Assembly: GCF_001194135.2 (NCBI RefSeq)
Contig: NC_068988.1
Location: 10,140,712 to 10,204,711, forward strand
DNA length: 64,000 bases
DNA from: Octopus bimaculoides
Lineage: Eukaryota
Direction of reading: 5' to 3'
Below, in pieces: positions 13,073 to 27,810 of this stretch. Each line of letters starts with the position of its first letter. The first letter of the stretch is position 1. The notes under the pieces are model-generated. The model saw only the letters and a list, made by a program, of their open reading frames with translations. It was not told the DNA's origin and searched no databases. The translations under genes were made by a program, and so were the position numbers.

Positions 13073-14075
13073 GAGCAGGAAATAGAGAAAAATTTTGATC
13101 AACAATCCAATTGACTACCATCGTTTAAATATTTTATATTACAAAGCTTAAACGTTGCATACAGCAGTTTCTGCTGCCAATATCAGTCGGTGTCGTCAAG
13201 GAAAATTATGAGAATAATATTCGTCATTGTTATAGCACATCCGATCTAGTATATGGAGCTTCATCAGAGAGAAAACAAATACATAAAATAAGAGGNNNNN
13301 NNNNNNNNNNNNNNNNNNNNNNNNNNNNNNNNNNNNNNNNNNNNNNNNNNNNNNNNNNNNNNNNNNNNNNNNNNNNNNNNNNNNNNNNNNNNNNNNNNNN
13401 NNNNNNNNNNNNNNNNNNNNNNNNNNNNNNNNNNNNNNNNATATATATATATATATATATATACGCAAATTTATTTATGAATGTATAAAATGTTCATACA
13501 ACATTCATAATGGTGCAATTTGGTTTTTTCACCGAAGTTATTTCTTTAAAATCTCCTTAACAATGCATATATTTGATATGAAACTTTAAGGCAATAAAGT
13601 TTTGCAGATATATATGTCATTCATTTTCACATTGTTATTGTATCCATTTTTATTGTTGTTTGCTTATTGAAATACGAGCTCCATATCTTCACAACCGTTA
13701 AATGAGTTGCTCGTGATCATTTTTATATTATACAGATAAATGACAATTTATAAAACCATGTGTCGTGGAGTTTAATATATATAGAAAAGATCTCTGTTTA
13801 CCTTCAGTATATTGCAATACGAATCTCAACTCTTGAGGCTATTGTATTTACTCGATTTGCCTTTGGTTGGCTAAATTTAAATACGGAATGTGTTTGTTAC
13901 TGGACATTATGAAAAGGAATCGTAACATTCAGGATAAATCATAGATTTAATTATGAAATTTCATAACCGTGAATATGTTCTTAAATGAATTATTAAATGT
14001 GTGTCTATATGTTGATGTATACATGTGTATATATGCATATATATATATGTGTGTGTGTCTGTCTATGTATGTATG

Positions 14076-14140
<65 letters not shown>

Positions 14141-14785
14141 NNNNNNNNNNNNNNNNNNNNNNNNNNNNNNNNNNNNNNNNNNNNNNNNNNNNNNNNNNNN
14201 NNNNNNNNNNNNNNNNNNNNNNNNNNNNNNNNNNNNNNNNNNNNNNNNNNNNNNNNNNNNNNNNNNNNNNNNNNNNNNNNNNNNNNNNNNNNNNNNNNNN
14301 NNNNNNNNNNNNNNNNNNNNNNNNNNNNNNNNNNNNNNNNNNNNNNNNNNNNNNNNNNNNNNNNNNNNNNNNNNNNNNNNNNNNNNNNNNNNNNNNNNNN
14401 NNNNNNNNNNNNNNNNNNNNNNNNNNNNNNNNNNNNNNNNNNNNNNNNNNNNNNNNNNNNNNNNNNNNNNNNNNNNNNNNNNNNNNNNNNNNNNNNNNNN
14501 NNNNNNNNNNNNNNNNNNNNNNNNNNNNNNNNNNNNNNNNNNNNNNNNNNNNNNNNNNNNNNNNNNNNNNNNNNNNNNNNNNNNNNNNNNNNNNNNNNNN
14601 NNNNNNNNNNNNNNNNNNNNNNNNNNNNNNNNNNNNNNNNNNNNNNNNNNNNNNNNNNNNNNNNNNNNNNNNNNNNNNNNNNNNNNNNNNNNNNNNNNNN
14701 NNNNNNNNNNNNNNNNNNNNNNNNNNNNNNNNNNNNNNNNNNNNNNNNNNNNNNNNNNNNNNNNNNNNNNNNNNNNNNNNNNNNN

Positions 14786-14833
<48 letters not shown>

Positions 14834-16366
14834 TATGTGTGTGTCTGTGTGTCTGCGTGTGCGTATGTGAGTGCATGTGTATGTGTGTACGTGTGTGTCT
14901 GTGTGTGTGTATAGGATCGTACATATATACGAATATTTATACATGTATGTATATACACAGTAATGATCCTCGGAAATTTGTATAAACTATTTAGCATACT
15001 TTTGAAATGTAAATATCTGGTTTTACTTTTATGTTTCTGAAACATGTCGTGAAAAAATGTGTATTGCTTTTTTCATCGCTTCTTTCGCATTATTTTACAT
15101 TTTCTTGGTCAAGTCCTGCGGATAACCATCATTTCTGGTAATTTTCTCTTCATATGCTTATGATATCATGCTGCATTTTTTTTGGTGGGTGGTGGTGTAT
15201 ATATATATATATATGGGGATTTATGAGACCTAGTTTTCTGCTACTGGTCGAATTTCTTATAGTCTCCACTTTTTTACATTAAGAGAAGTGGTTCTACAAA
15301 TGTTAACACCTAACAATGGAGACAAACATTTCCTTTCTGAAAATTTAGAACTTTGCGTGGTACATTTTAGAATCATGGACCTGTAAATTTGTTGTAGTAT
15401 ATGCATTCTGTTCCTTTAGGTTTTATAGTCAGCCGAATGTGCACCGGATTGTTTTTCTGGTTTAGTTAGTGAGTTGGAAGAACTTTAATCCAGACTTTCA
15501 CAGGAGACAATACTCGAATTGCTTTGAGAAATTGTGGAGTGAATGTGACGAGGAAATGTATAAATAGTAATGCCGCATGTCCATATATCACCAAAAAGTT
15601 TAATGTTGTGTTTATGTTATTTTATTTTTATTGCCTTGTCACTTTTGTTGTCTCTTCTTCTTTGTAGTGTTGTTCTTTTTTTGCTTTTAACATTCTTTTT
15701 GTTTTTGTATAGGTCTTCGCTATACAAATCTTAGTGTTTGTAAATTAATGCAGTTTTCTCCTTCCCTCTTCTCACTAACTAATTTCCACGCTCTCCTATT
15801 TCTAACTCATACTAGCTGATATCAGCCCCCCCCCCCACTTCCTTCGATCATCAGCTCATACAATCTTCGAATCGAAACTAATCTATGATGAATCGAACAT
15901 CTTCCACTGCAAGCAAGTGGTTCTCGAGTAACGAACACATTCTGTACATCTGAGATTTCTAACAATGCCTTGTCTCCGATCTGGTTCCTGTTCGCTAAAC
16001 CTTTTATAAATAAAGATTTTTGTCACGCGTATTACACATAGCGTGGAATTAAACCTTTTAACTTACATAATATTGCGCATGTTATTCGGACATTTGGCCC
16101 GTAAGTGGGGATGGCTGTTATTTCCACCTGTTCTTAATCCCTGGACAATAAACTAGAGCGAAGATGTTTATTCATGGATTTTTAATTCATATTTCATTCT
16201 CGATCTGTAGTAGTGAGTTGCCGGTTGGAAATCGCATAAATGTATTTGATCGTAGTTCATTTAACTGAATAGCAACAACGACACTCCTATTTGTTGAATG
16301 CATTATCGTGACAGGATTACATCAGCCAGTTTCTAAATGTGGCGATTACAAACGGCAGCACGTCCA

Positions 16367-16750
16367 TTTGATTTCAAATTCTGACTGAAGGCTAGAAATT
16401 CTGTGAAGTGGGCTAAGTCGATTTTCTCAATCCCAGTGCTCACCTGGAAGTTGTTTTATCGATTGTGAAAGGATGAAAGGCAAAATGAACCTCGGCGGAA
16501 TTTAAACTCAGTATGTAATGACGGACGAAATACCTATTTCTTTACTGCCCACAAGGGGCTACACACAGAGGGGACAAACAAGGACAGACAAACGGATTAA
16601 GTCGATTATATCGACCCCAGTGCGTAACTGGTACTTAATTTATCGACCCCGAAAGGATGAAAGGCAAAGTCGACCTCGGCGGAATTTGAACTCAGAACGC
16701 AGTGGCAGACCAAATACCGCTAAGCATTTTGCGCGGCGTGCTAACGATGC
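16367..16750 (-). mobile_element. Tandem or nested pair of family A SINEs: a younger copy (16535-16750) joined to an older headless copy (16367-16534)
   Basis: Both contain GAAAGGATGAAAGGCAAA(G/A)T(C/G)(G/A)ACCTCGGCGGAATTT(G/A)AACTCAG. The two copies have different 3' tails. Confidence 0.85.
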
Positions 16751-17510
16751 ACGTCCATATGTATATTTAAATTATATCTAATCCCATGGTGATTAATGGT
16801 CTGACCACTGCAATGTATGGTGGATGTTAGGAGAGGAATTTCCAATGTGATCTTTCGCTTTTCTACAGACCGTTTATAAAATTCAGTCCTTACACTAAAC
16901 AACATAAAACAGTCTCATTCATATACCTGTAGTACTAGCTATCAGCAACACTTCTACCAATATTAACCCGTGTAGCATCCGTCCCAGAATCCAGTGGGTG
17001 ATCACAAATCGTTTTGCGTTATACGTGTTACTATTTTTAGATGTATGTACTGACTACATATGAAAGAATATGGAGCATAGACGTATAAGCCACTTTTATG
17101 AAAATTCACGGTGATAACCGCTTCGAATCATTTTACGTCATCCAACTCCATACTTGCATGCTTTGTTTTTCCAAGACAACAATGGAATAACTATTACAAA
17201 TAAGAATTCTTCAGAGAGCTTCGATGGGATAAGAATGCTTATTCGAAACAAAACTCAAGTACGTACATCGATGGTTGGAACTGTGAAGTGTTGCAGTATG
17301 CTCTGTTTCTCACGCAGGAAGAATTGTCAATTGTGACATAGAGGTATATATGGAAGTATTTTATGTATGTTTTTAAAATTATACGTTTACATCGATATGA
17401 AAAATATATTTATCATATTTTATATATTTGTGGTTTAACCTGTGTAATGCTCGTATGTGTGCGTGTGTGGATATATATGTATATAAATTCACATATGCAA
17501 ATATATAGAC

Positions 17511-17561
<51 letters not shown>

Positions 17562-17579
17562 TCTGTCTATCTAACTGAC

Positions 17580-17660
<81 letters not shown>

Positions 17661-18659
17661 ATATATATATATAATCTTATACAAGTGTGTTTGAACCTCT
17701 GTGAATATGCTTGTGTAGATACCTACATACCTACATACATATTTCTTGCCAATATGTCTCAGTGTGTATTCTTGTATTTGAGGAAAACAAACACGTTTGA
17801 ATTATTTCTCTATAATGAATGCTTTATTATTTTTTTTACATCTATTCCTAAGCGTCTGGTTTGTTATATTCCGAAAAGTGAATAACATTTTGGCAAGTTA
17901 TTGAAAATCACTCATATTCAAGCTTCAAACTATACACATCAAAAACATTCGTTTGTAAGTAAATCTACTTCCTTTAAATTTTCATCTTTTCAAATATTCA
18001 ATTGAAACGAAAATTCGTGTAGTTTCTTTTCCATACAACTGAAGCCATGCTTTCTCATACACTTCGTCTGTGATGTTTTATTTCCTTCACAGCATCCGTT
18101 GTTATAGAAATTAATGTGTATGTTTATATGCACTATGTTCAACTTAAACACCGATTCAGAAATATCTCTATTAAATAACTATTTAACACCAGCACATTCA
18201 ACCAAAAATATATACACAGAAACACGCATAGATGCAAATGTGCATGGACTAACTTACAAATAGATCCGTTAAATTTTCGCTACATCACATTACATAGTAT
18301 TATGAACAACATGACGCTAGAAACAAAATATTTTCAGATTTTGTTTGGCTTAGAAAATTGACACGTTTCATTTGCGATGTTTTCTACAAACGACTTGATT
18401 AAGAAATCAGACAGCAATGGCATAAAAACCTAAGAGTACAAACCAACTTCGATGGATATACAGAAATAAGTAATTCAACATTTAATTTGTTTACTGCAGA
18501 CGCGTGTGAAAATTCGCATTGTGAGGAAATTTGGCATTTCATATGCAACTGTGTACCATCCACATGAACACGCTTCAAATTATTTTGATTAGAAAATAAC
18601 TATAAAAGCTTTAACATGGTTGGAAAATCTTGTATGCAAACATCCTTTTCTTTCCGACC

Positions 18660-18835
18660 TGTAAAGTATCAATGCGTCTGTCTAAACGTTATGAGTTCAA
18701 ATTCTGCCGAAGTCGATTTTGCCTTTCAACCGTTCCGGATCGACAAAAAAAAAAGCAGTTGAGTTTTAGAGTGGATGTAATCAAATTATCTCCTTCCTAC
18801 AAAGTTGCTGGCCTTGTGCCAAGATTTGAAATCAA
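18660..18835 (+). mobile_element. SINE family A (5'-degenerate)
   Basis: GAGTTCAAATTCTGCCGAAGTCGATTTTGCCTTTCA...GTTGCTGGCCTTGTGCCAAGATTTGAAATCAATA. Confidence 0.8.
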
Positions 18836-19112
18836 TATAAAGGGACATTATCGAGTACAGTAATTTTATTTTGTGAATCTATTGCGTCTGTAAATTTGTA
18901 ACTTCATCGTAAGCATGCCATAGATATGTGCCGTAGACTTTACGAATAAAAGGAAAAACTGTTTGTTGTATATCTATAGCTCTTCTTTATCTGCTAATTA
19001 TGAAATGATTGCAGTGTATACAATGAGAGAATCGTGTGTTGCACCTCCCTTCGAATCCTATTTCCAGCTAGGTAGAATGAATCGAGGAATATAGCATCAT
19101 ACTTTTACTTAC

Positions 19113-19199
19113 AGACGCTAAGAGACGCTTTCTAAATATTCTTACATTTTCAAGATATTTGTAATTATGTTTCGGTTTCAATAATACTATTCGATGAAA
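19113..19199 (-). CDS. Candidate 87-nt phase 0-0 exon: FHRIVLLKPKHNYKYLENVRIFRKRLLAS
   Basis: Minus-strand acceptor TTTTTTTTTCACTATTTTAG| and donor TCT|GTAAGT; only frame 0 is open. It lies inside a ~240-bp segment duplicated at 20303-20560, where this frame is broken. Confidence 0.25.
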
Positions 19200-20739
19200 C
19201 TAAAATAGTGAAAAAAAAACCTAGAGGTGTATACAGGTAAACAAGAATACAGAGACATGCGTTCAATAAAAACATCTCCATAAAAATTTGAATATTGAGT
19301 TTGAAGTGAAAAACGCATTCACCGACGAGACTAAAGAATAAAAAGTGAACGAATGTATAACATTCAAAACGTGTTTCCTATAGTAAAGGCAACGAGAAAA
19401 TCTGAAACCTCAAATTTGAAATTGGAAGACACTAGCATGCGTTCACTCTGAAACCAAAGCGCATTAAATGAAATATTTTTGTCTGAAACTAAAAGCACTC
19501 AATATGTATAAATTGCTTTCTGTATAATTGCTAAATGTGACAAGTTTCTCCGCTCAGATACAATCCAACATGTCATTTAGTATATTCCATTCTCGCTTCG
19601 CACTAAAAGGCTTCACCACTTTATATTAGGCTCTCTGTTAGCTCCGAACATTTTACTGTAGATGGTCTTAAATTTAGTTATTTATTTTTTGCAAGTTACT
19701 AAATGAATAGACTAAAGGAATATGAAACTTAACGAGTCAAAATGTTCTGCAATAGTATATGGAATTGCAGATGAATATACGTTAATATGAAATATATTTT
19801 GAGATTCCTCAGTTCCAGATTATTTAGAATTTATCAGCTGTTCCATGCATACAATCTTCTGTGCATGAATTTCGAAAACTAATAATTGCATTCTAAGGCG
19901 TGTTCGTTATTTCTCAGTGTAATACAATTTTGATGTGTAAACATCAAAACAAAATCAATAATCGTGCTGGTTTGAACAACATCGTCAAATTGCTTCTTTC
20001 GTTCGCTTGGTAACTCTCATGCTAATGAATAATTCCACAAAAGGAAGGTAATATTATTATAACCATGTTTTGGTAAATATACTCACAGCAAACTATTCTT
20101 TAGAGTACTTATCTGTAAATATTACCAGTTGTCTGACGCTATCAAAGTAACAGAATTTTAATTCAGCTGGATTATTTCCTAAAACAGGTAGCTTATGGAA
20201 GCTTCTACAATATGTAATATTTTTCTGTTTTCTTTTTCTTTTTTTTTTCATATATCAAATTAGATTTCTTTCAAGATTTAAAAAAAAAAATGAAACATCT
20301 TCTTTGACTTACAGACGCCAAGAGAAACTCATTTATTTTCTAAATATTCTTATATTTTGAAGAAAGTTTAAATTGTGTTTCGGCTTCAATAATCAGATTC
20401 CAAGAAAATATATATCAGTAATAAACTACAGGTGTATACAGGTAAACAGGAATGCAAACGGACATGTGTATGCTAAAAACATCAGACGGGAAATTCTCCC
20501 TAAAAAATGTTTATGTTGTCGTTGAAGTTAAAAATGCATTCACCGACGAGATTAAGGAATATATGACGTCAAATAAATGCACAAAGATATTGATTTAGTT
20601 TTAACCAGGATTTGATGTTAGTATAGCGCATATAGAATTTGTCAAATCCACAGTTATCTTTTACACTAAAACTTATGAACTTATGAAGACTTTTACATGG
20701 TTTTATTCCAAAGCTTTTAAAGACACAATTATAATATAA

Positions 20740-21640
20740 CCCCAACTAATACTGGACATGAGTCCGTTGTCGCGTGGAACTGTAAATTTTGGTTGTAGAT
20801 GTTGATCAGCTTGTAAAGTTTATTGGCATTGTTCATTATCAGGGATTTGTGAGACAGAGGCAGCTAAAGGTCTTCATAAACTAAGAAAATAACTTTTTAA
20901 CCTACATGAGCTGGTGTGGGTCAGTTCCGGAATGCTGAGTTCTTCGGGAGAAAATTATTGGAAACAGATGGTGCTTACTATAGGTTATTCTGTGCAGTGT
21001 GACAGGACGAGAGTAATTCCTGGAGGTAAGGCAAACAAGTTGATCCGTGAGGGAAACGTTATGTTTAGCTGTTGCAAAAAGTCAGAAGGCTCAAAGAGTA
21101 CGGATCTGGGATAAAGGCTGTTGTTTGTCTTGAAATGACTTTAAAGACTTAGTCAACTTACATTCCACGGGATGGATTCTAATTCCTACAAGTAATGATA
21201 ATTAATTATCACCAAACATGAGTTTTATAGAGTAGCAATGAAGAATTGATTGGTTTTCTATTCCTGAAAAAAGCTCCAGTTTTTAAGATGGCATTGACTC
21301 ATTTCGTTTCATCGGAAGTGGTGTAGTTGTATAATGTTTATGGTGTTGGCGTATGAGTTGCAATGAATGTTTTGTTTCGTATGAACGCAGTGGATTGTTT
21401 CTCGATGTTGAGAAGATATGATCAGCATGCCCTATTTGTAGTTGACATTAGGTGTCTCCTATTATGGGACCAATGTGAACTTGACTTCAGCGGCCCAGGT
21501 TCTATGTGAATAGCATATAATTGTGGAGAACAGGGAGTAATATATGGAAATATCATCTGTATAAGAATGAGTTTTATTAAGTGCATCAGCAGTTAGGTTA
21601 TTTATGTACTATGGAGACCCTTGAATATTTCATGGAATTA
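20740..21640 (-). mobile_element. CR1/L2/Jockey-group LINE relic (3' part of the reverse transcriptase)
   Basis: Minus strand reads YINNLTADALNKTHSYTDDISIYYS (YINDL...SYADD motif; YTDD at 21552-21563), later QFFIATL* and NFLPKNSAFRN*P (compare SFxPRTxxxWNxLP). Many stops and frameshifts. Confidence 0.65.
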
Positions 21641-24600
21641 ATGACAAACGTATTCGGTTATATCTGAAAACTATATAAAAAGACCTGAAAATGTGACCTG
21701 TGCTGTTTCTGTATCAAAAGATAGACGTTCATATGAAAATCATTGTAAAGTGAAGTATATTGGACTGTGATGATTATTTAATACATTTTATATATATACA
21801 CATTGTATACTTTATGCACAATTTTATAGGCTTAACACACAACACACTTTTTCTCTCTCACACTTCACATTACCCATTAATATCTCGTTGCCTGTTGTAC
21901 ATTACTTTGAGTCTTCCACATTTACATTGTCATGTTACTGTGCACTGCTATGATTCTGCTCGCATCCTAGAGTTAAATCGTTCTCAAATTCATAACACCC
22001 ATAAAAGCTATACACATTTCATACTAATATACTTTTAAGTGCTAAACAACTTTTAGATAAAACTTGTGATTATATTTTGAAAACTTTTGATAAGAAATTT
22101 ACTTGAACCTCGTTGGCCTGCAGTGGAGAAAAGAGGAAAAACACGCAAACATGTTGACTAGAATATTGTAGCCGAATAATAAGAGAGTCCAGCACAGCTC
22201 TATAAAAGTATTTAAATATAAGAAAAATAATCTGCAACATAGAATTCTTCGTTTCTATCTTATAGTTTACAGCAGTGTGGATTGGTATGTACTTTGTTTT
22301 CAGCTCTGTAGGGAAATGTCAAAGAATCAGTAGCTAGAATAATGTATTGTGCTCTCCGTTTACTGCAATATTAGCTGTACATCTACATGTTTTGACGAAC
22401 AGGAGCAATAACCTATGCTAACAAGTTATATGAAATATCGAGCACAATCAGTTCTTCAATCAATTTAAGTTCGTAGAATATATAGAATACATAAGTGATT
22501 CTCCTTAAGATATTCCTAGAATATCTTAAGGAGAATTTTACAATACATAACAGATTCCCCTTAAGATATTCAAAATCGACAGAGATTTCATACATGCATA
22601 CTGAATATGTTACATATAACAGGTAGATATGACTGTGGGATAATTATATAATTCCCTTCTAGAATGTTTAAACAAAGAAAAAAATGCTTTTGGTATACAC
22701 TCGTCGAAAAACCATGGCTGTCATTCATTTTTCCCAAGTACGAAAATATCATTGATCTGGAATCACACCGTTTGCTCTACTCCGTTCTCGAATCATTTCA
22801 TTTCGAACGTTCTCTCTTAGTGATTAAATAGTAGTATTTTTAACTAATAAAGCGAGATGATCAGAATTTGAGTGCAACTGGATATTTGGCTGAAAGTCAA
22901 ATTTTCACACGAAAAAAGAAAAACATTTAGTATCGTACTTAAATACAACACACAGGATGCTCCCAGTTATACCACAGAACATGTCAACAAGTAAAAAGTT
23001 TACGAAGTATTCCAAGGAATATTTATTAGATAATGTAGGAAATATAATTCCGTTCAGATTTTCAGATATTCAAAAGCTCTTTCAAGTATTCTTTGTAAAT
23101 TGTTTTCTTTAGATAATCTTTTGAAATGCACTGACTTCTTTTCCCTGTCCGATCAATAACCGATATTCGTTAATTTATTGCGGAACTTGTAGAAAGATTT
23201 AAATACTTTTCAGCAGAAATTCGATTGGCAATTGGCATTCGTTTTATGTTCAGCTTTCTAAACAAAAGAAGATTAATAATTCTGTTTTATGACTTCTTTC
23301 ATGGAAATTTCCAGAGTGATGACTATTTATGTTTGAAGAAACCGATAAAATATAGCCGCTGTTAACTTTGTTAAGAATCGCATTCCTGAAACATAAACGA
23401 TGTAATATTCTTAACTTAGCAACTACGTATGTAAACACAATAAAATTGCTCTCAAAGAATCTAAGAAAATGAAAACAATAGTAAAATTTCGGCTGTAAAT
23501 TCCGATATAATAGAATGTCGATTATGGATTTAAAAGTAGGTGTAATATTTGTTTATTTCAGAAAATCCAAAGAGACAGAACCAAACAAATGGAAAATATT
23601 CAGCACTATGTTGACGTTGTCAAGATATTTCTAGAGGTGCTTGAACGTTGAAAATAAATCACTTTTTCTGGATCTGAAATTGAAGTCATTCCATTTCAAA
23701 TGGATTCAACAAGTGATTATGTACTCCAGTCAGATCAATCTAAAATTGCATCGAACGCCGTTAGTAAAAACATTATAGCACATACGGTGCTGTAACTGGG
23801 GACGAATAAAAATGGAAATTGGTAACAATGAGAGATTTTTTTATCATTGATGTACACGCTGAAGACAACGAACACATGCAAAATATAAACATTGGCACAG
23901 GCGAAAAGTAATAAGAGAAATATGAATATCAATAAATCTTACAAAAGAAATTTATTCAGAAAATGGAATCTTGTAACATCCATCTAGATAGTGATGAGTT
24001 ACGTACCTTTTAACGTAAATGAATCCCTGACAAAATTGCTGAAAGTCTATCGAGTAACACGGATAGCTATCCACTCCACTCTTTCACAAAAATTCATTGG
24101 GTATCCTCTTCCACCACCTTCTCCTCCTCCTCAAAATCATTATCGTCGTCAACGTGATCATCATTATCATCACCATCACTTTCATCTTTGTCATCATCCT
24201 CTTCATCATCATTATTAACTTCGTTGTCGTCATTGACATCATCATCTCCATCATCATCGTCATTGTCATCTTTTCTTTTTTAAAGAGATAAAATTCGCAT
24301 TAAATTCACTCTCAAAGCAAAACAGTTTACACGATAAAGTACAGTGTTTAACATAAATACATACTCGTAACATTTCCAAAACTTGGATTCTCGCCAAACT
24401 GAGATAAAGAAAATAAAACAATATAGATTGTTTGTTATTTTATGAGAAAATTTATTATTACATTTCATTTCACGCATATGAAAAAAAGGACCACAGATAT
24501 GTGAAGCGCTACGGAAAGAAAAAGAAAATACAAAACGTACAATAAAATACAGTCCACATGCAGAGAACATGTAAAAAAATATTTGAACAGCTTCACAGAA

Positions 24601-24729
24601 TATTCAAAGAAAACGTAAAGTTGAAATTTCATCAACAACAAAATAAACAACAGTATGCAAGAATATATTTCTTCTGTCATAAATATGTATAACTTAATGT
24701 GATTCTTTCTATTTCTCAACGTGAAACAT

Positions 24730-24925
24730 CGGCGAGCACGCTGGTTGAGATGTTTACCGGCATTTCACCAGTCTCTACGTTCTGAATTCAAATTCTGCCA
24801 GAGTTGACTTTGCCCTTGCTCCTTTCAGTGTCGATAAATTAAGTGCTAGTCAAGTACTGGTGTCAATGTCATCGATTGTCCTCCTCTCCGCAACAATCAA
24901 GGCCTTGTGACCTTTAGTAGAAAGA
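24730..24925 (+). mobile_element. SINE family A ending in (ATT)n (24926-24977)
   Basis: GGCGAGCACGCTGG...TTCTGAATTCAAATTCTGCCAGAGTTGACTTTGCC...AGGCCTTGTGACCTTTAGTAGAAAGA followed by an ATT array. Confidence 0.8.
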
Positions 24926-24977
<52 letters not shown>

Positions 24978-24978
<1 letters not shown>

Positions 24979-25255
24979 CGATCATTATTGTCTTTGTATG
25001 GTTTCTAACGCTGGAGATGTACTACGGTGTCAGATGCTCACTAACAGTGAACGAAGGTAACACCCGTATTTTTCGAGCACCATCCGGAGTTTTAGAGCGT
25101 TTCCAAGCAATGCGGTTTTCTGCAAGTGTTCCATCCTTATTGCAGCCCATATTTGCTCCATGTACTTCTAAAGATTTTTTACTCACTGTTCCCAAGACTC
25201 CGACAATTATTGTTACCACTGCTACCTTTTTCACCGACAACAACTGCTAAACTTC
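24978..25255 (-). mobile_element. R4/Dong-type (restriction-like endonuclease) non-LTR retrotransposon, 3' fragment
   Basis: Minus strand VKKVAVVTIIVGVLGTVSK, then after a frameshift KYMEQIWAAIRMEHLQKTALLGNALKLRMVLEK, matching the C-terminal IPxxxGALG...LQKxALLGTAxILRxVL motif. The 3' end runs into (AAT)n. Confidence 0.7.
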
Positions 25256-25519
25256 CCAAGCTAACCTGCTATGTATATCGACTTTTCTTTTTTCCTTATC
25301 GATAATTTGTTGTCGGCCGGGAATGCTACATCAATGATCTAGCTCACGTTTTCAAGTTTTTCTTTTTAGTATCTTATCTTCTCAGGGTGCTGGACGGAAG
25401 GACAAGTTAAATTGTTAAGGGCCTGATTTGCTCCGGATATCCAGCTGGACAAGAACTTGGGAGAGATAACGAGCAAGGCGGTGAGTCTCACCCAGAAAAG
25501 GGTAGAGAGGAAACTGTCC

Positions 25520-25676
25520 ATGAAGAGTCAGGCGGTGCTCAAATTCCACCGAAGGCGTCTTTGTTTTTCCTCGTTTCTGGGTCGATGAATTAATCACCAG
25601 CTGAAAAGTGGGCCGATCTAAACGACGTACCCACTCACTCGAAATTGCTGGCTGTGTGCCTATAATAGAAAGGATT
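25520..25676 (+). mobile_element. SINE family A, 3' two-thirds
   Basis: GCTCAAATTCCACCGAAGGCGTCTTTG...GAAATTGCTGGCTGTGTGCCTATAATAGAAAGGATT directly followed by (CTT)n. Confidence 0.7.
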
Positions 25677-25969
<293 letters not shown>

Positions 25970-26770
25970 ATGAAATTTCTCGAATAATATCTCCCAGTGT
26001 AACTGTCCCGATTGAGATCGCATCAGCGACTAGAATTTCCTAAGCCACGTAACTATTGCATATATGCGAACTTGCTATTAAATAATTTCTCACTGTGTCT
26101 CGTTCCCCCTCTCACTAATTTCCATATCTCCCTTTTATCGATCTCTTAATCTCTCTATCTGCTTCTTTTTCTCAATGAATAATGTAACATACAGACCAAC
26201 TGACATACAGAAAAAGAACTTAGTATACTTCAAGACATTGATTGATTACCATCATTAGTATTTCCATATGAACTAACATCAGATCCAGAGTTTCCATCAG
26301 AGCTAACATCAGATCGCTATTAATACATCGTATCGTAAAATCTAATTCAATACGTAAAACTATAGTTTGTCAATACACTAAGCATACGATCGAATATATA
26401 CCACATTGGAAAAATAATTCTATGTAGCTTTTGAAATGATTAACTTCCTTCCAGAAACTGACTAGTGACGGATATTCCTTTGAATTACGTCTTTGATTCG
26501 AGGATATTAATTTCATAACGAGAGTATAAGTAGATAATCGCACACTGATTAAAACTTGTTTCGAAGTTTTCGCATTGACTTTTAATAAGTTGACGGCTGG
26601 ATCTTAATACATTTAAAGTGATTTAATAAGTTATAGAAGTAGAGTACTGGTGGGGCAAGTGTGTTTGTGCGCAAGAAAGAGAATGTTTGCGTGTACGTGT
26701 GTGTATGCGAGTGTAGTCAGGTGCATACACGCACACACATATATGCACTCTGTCACACACAAACACACAA

Positions 26771-26841
<71 letters not shown>

Positions 26842-26962
26842 TAGAGAGAGTCTGTATGAGATGGAATGAGGGAGTTAGGGAGACAGAAACATATATACAT
26901 ATACCCATATGTGTGTGCATGTATGTATATATGCATATTTGGTTTTGTGCTAAGAATAATTG

Positions 26963-27009
<47 letters not shown>

Positions 27010-27742
27010 CTGTGTGTGTGTGTATGTATAAGCATACATTTATGCATATTACATAACTGTATGCTTATACATGTATACACACACATACACACACACTCAC
27101 ACACACACATACACACACACACATATATATATATATGTATGTATGTATGCTTATATGTATGCGCACACACGTGCATACTCAAGTACACAAACAGGCAGAT
27201 ATAAATTCGTGAATATGTGTATATCTGTGTTTGTGTGGGTGCCTACACATATTCAAAACGAATATTGATTTTTGTTTCGATTACTTTAACAATACACCTC
27301 GCAGATTAAACCGGTGGTAAGGAAATGTTTTGCTTGTATCCTCTCAAGCTATAACTATAACAGCTGCAGAGAAATCGCCTAGGATTTGACAATGACTTTG
27401 ATAAAATAGACGCCATATTACACATCCATCCAAATAGTCTGCTTCATAGAATATCATATGTAGAATAGGTTATATTTAGGTATAAAGAAGATTAGAATGC
27501 AAATGACGTAAGAGGCAAAGGGTTTCTAGCCGAGGTTATATGCACTCATCTCTCTGTTTCTGAAGATAGGCCACTCACTTTGTACATATATATGTACAAA
27601 CATGTTCACACGAGCATATACACATGTATATGTATAGAGGATTACATATATACACACATGTACATGCGTCTGTATATGTAGAGAGAAAAGGAAAGACTTG
27701 AGAGATGTGGTTATATGTGGCAGTACTTTCATCTGCAGTTGG

Positions 27743-27810
27743 TGCTTTGTAACTGAATGGATAAGGTCATATCGCAATCTGAAGATGCTAGTTTCGATCC
27801 TACAGCGAGG
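27743..27810 (+). pseudogene. Degenerate tRNA-Arg-like sequence (tRNA pseudogene or SINE head)
   Basis: GTAACTGAATGGATAAGG (D-arm/A-box; AATGGATAAGG is typical of tRNA-Arg), ATCTGAAGAT (compare ATCAGAAGAT) and AGTTTCGATCC (T-loop/B-box). Acceptor and anticodon stems are not intact. Confidence 0.4.
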
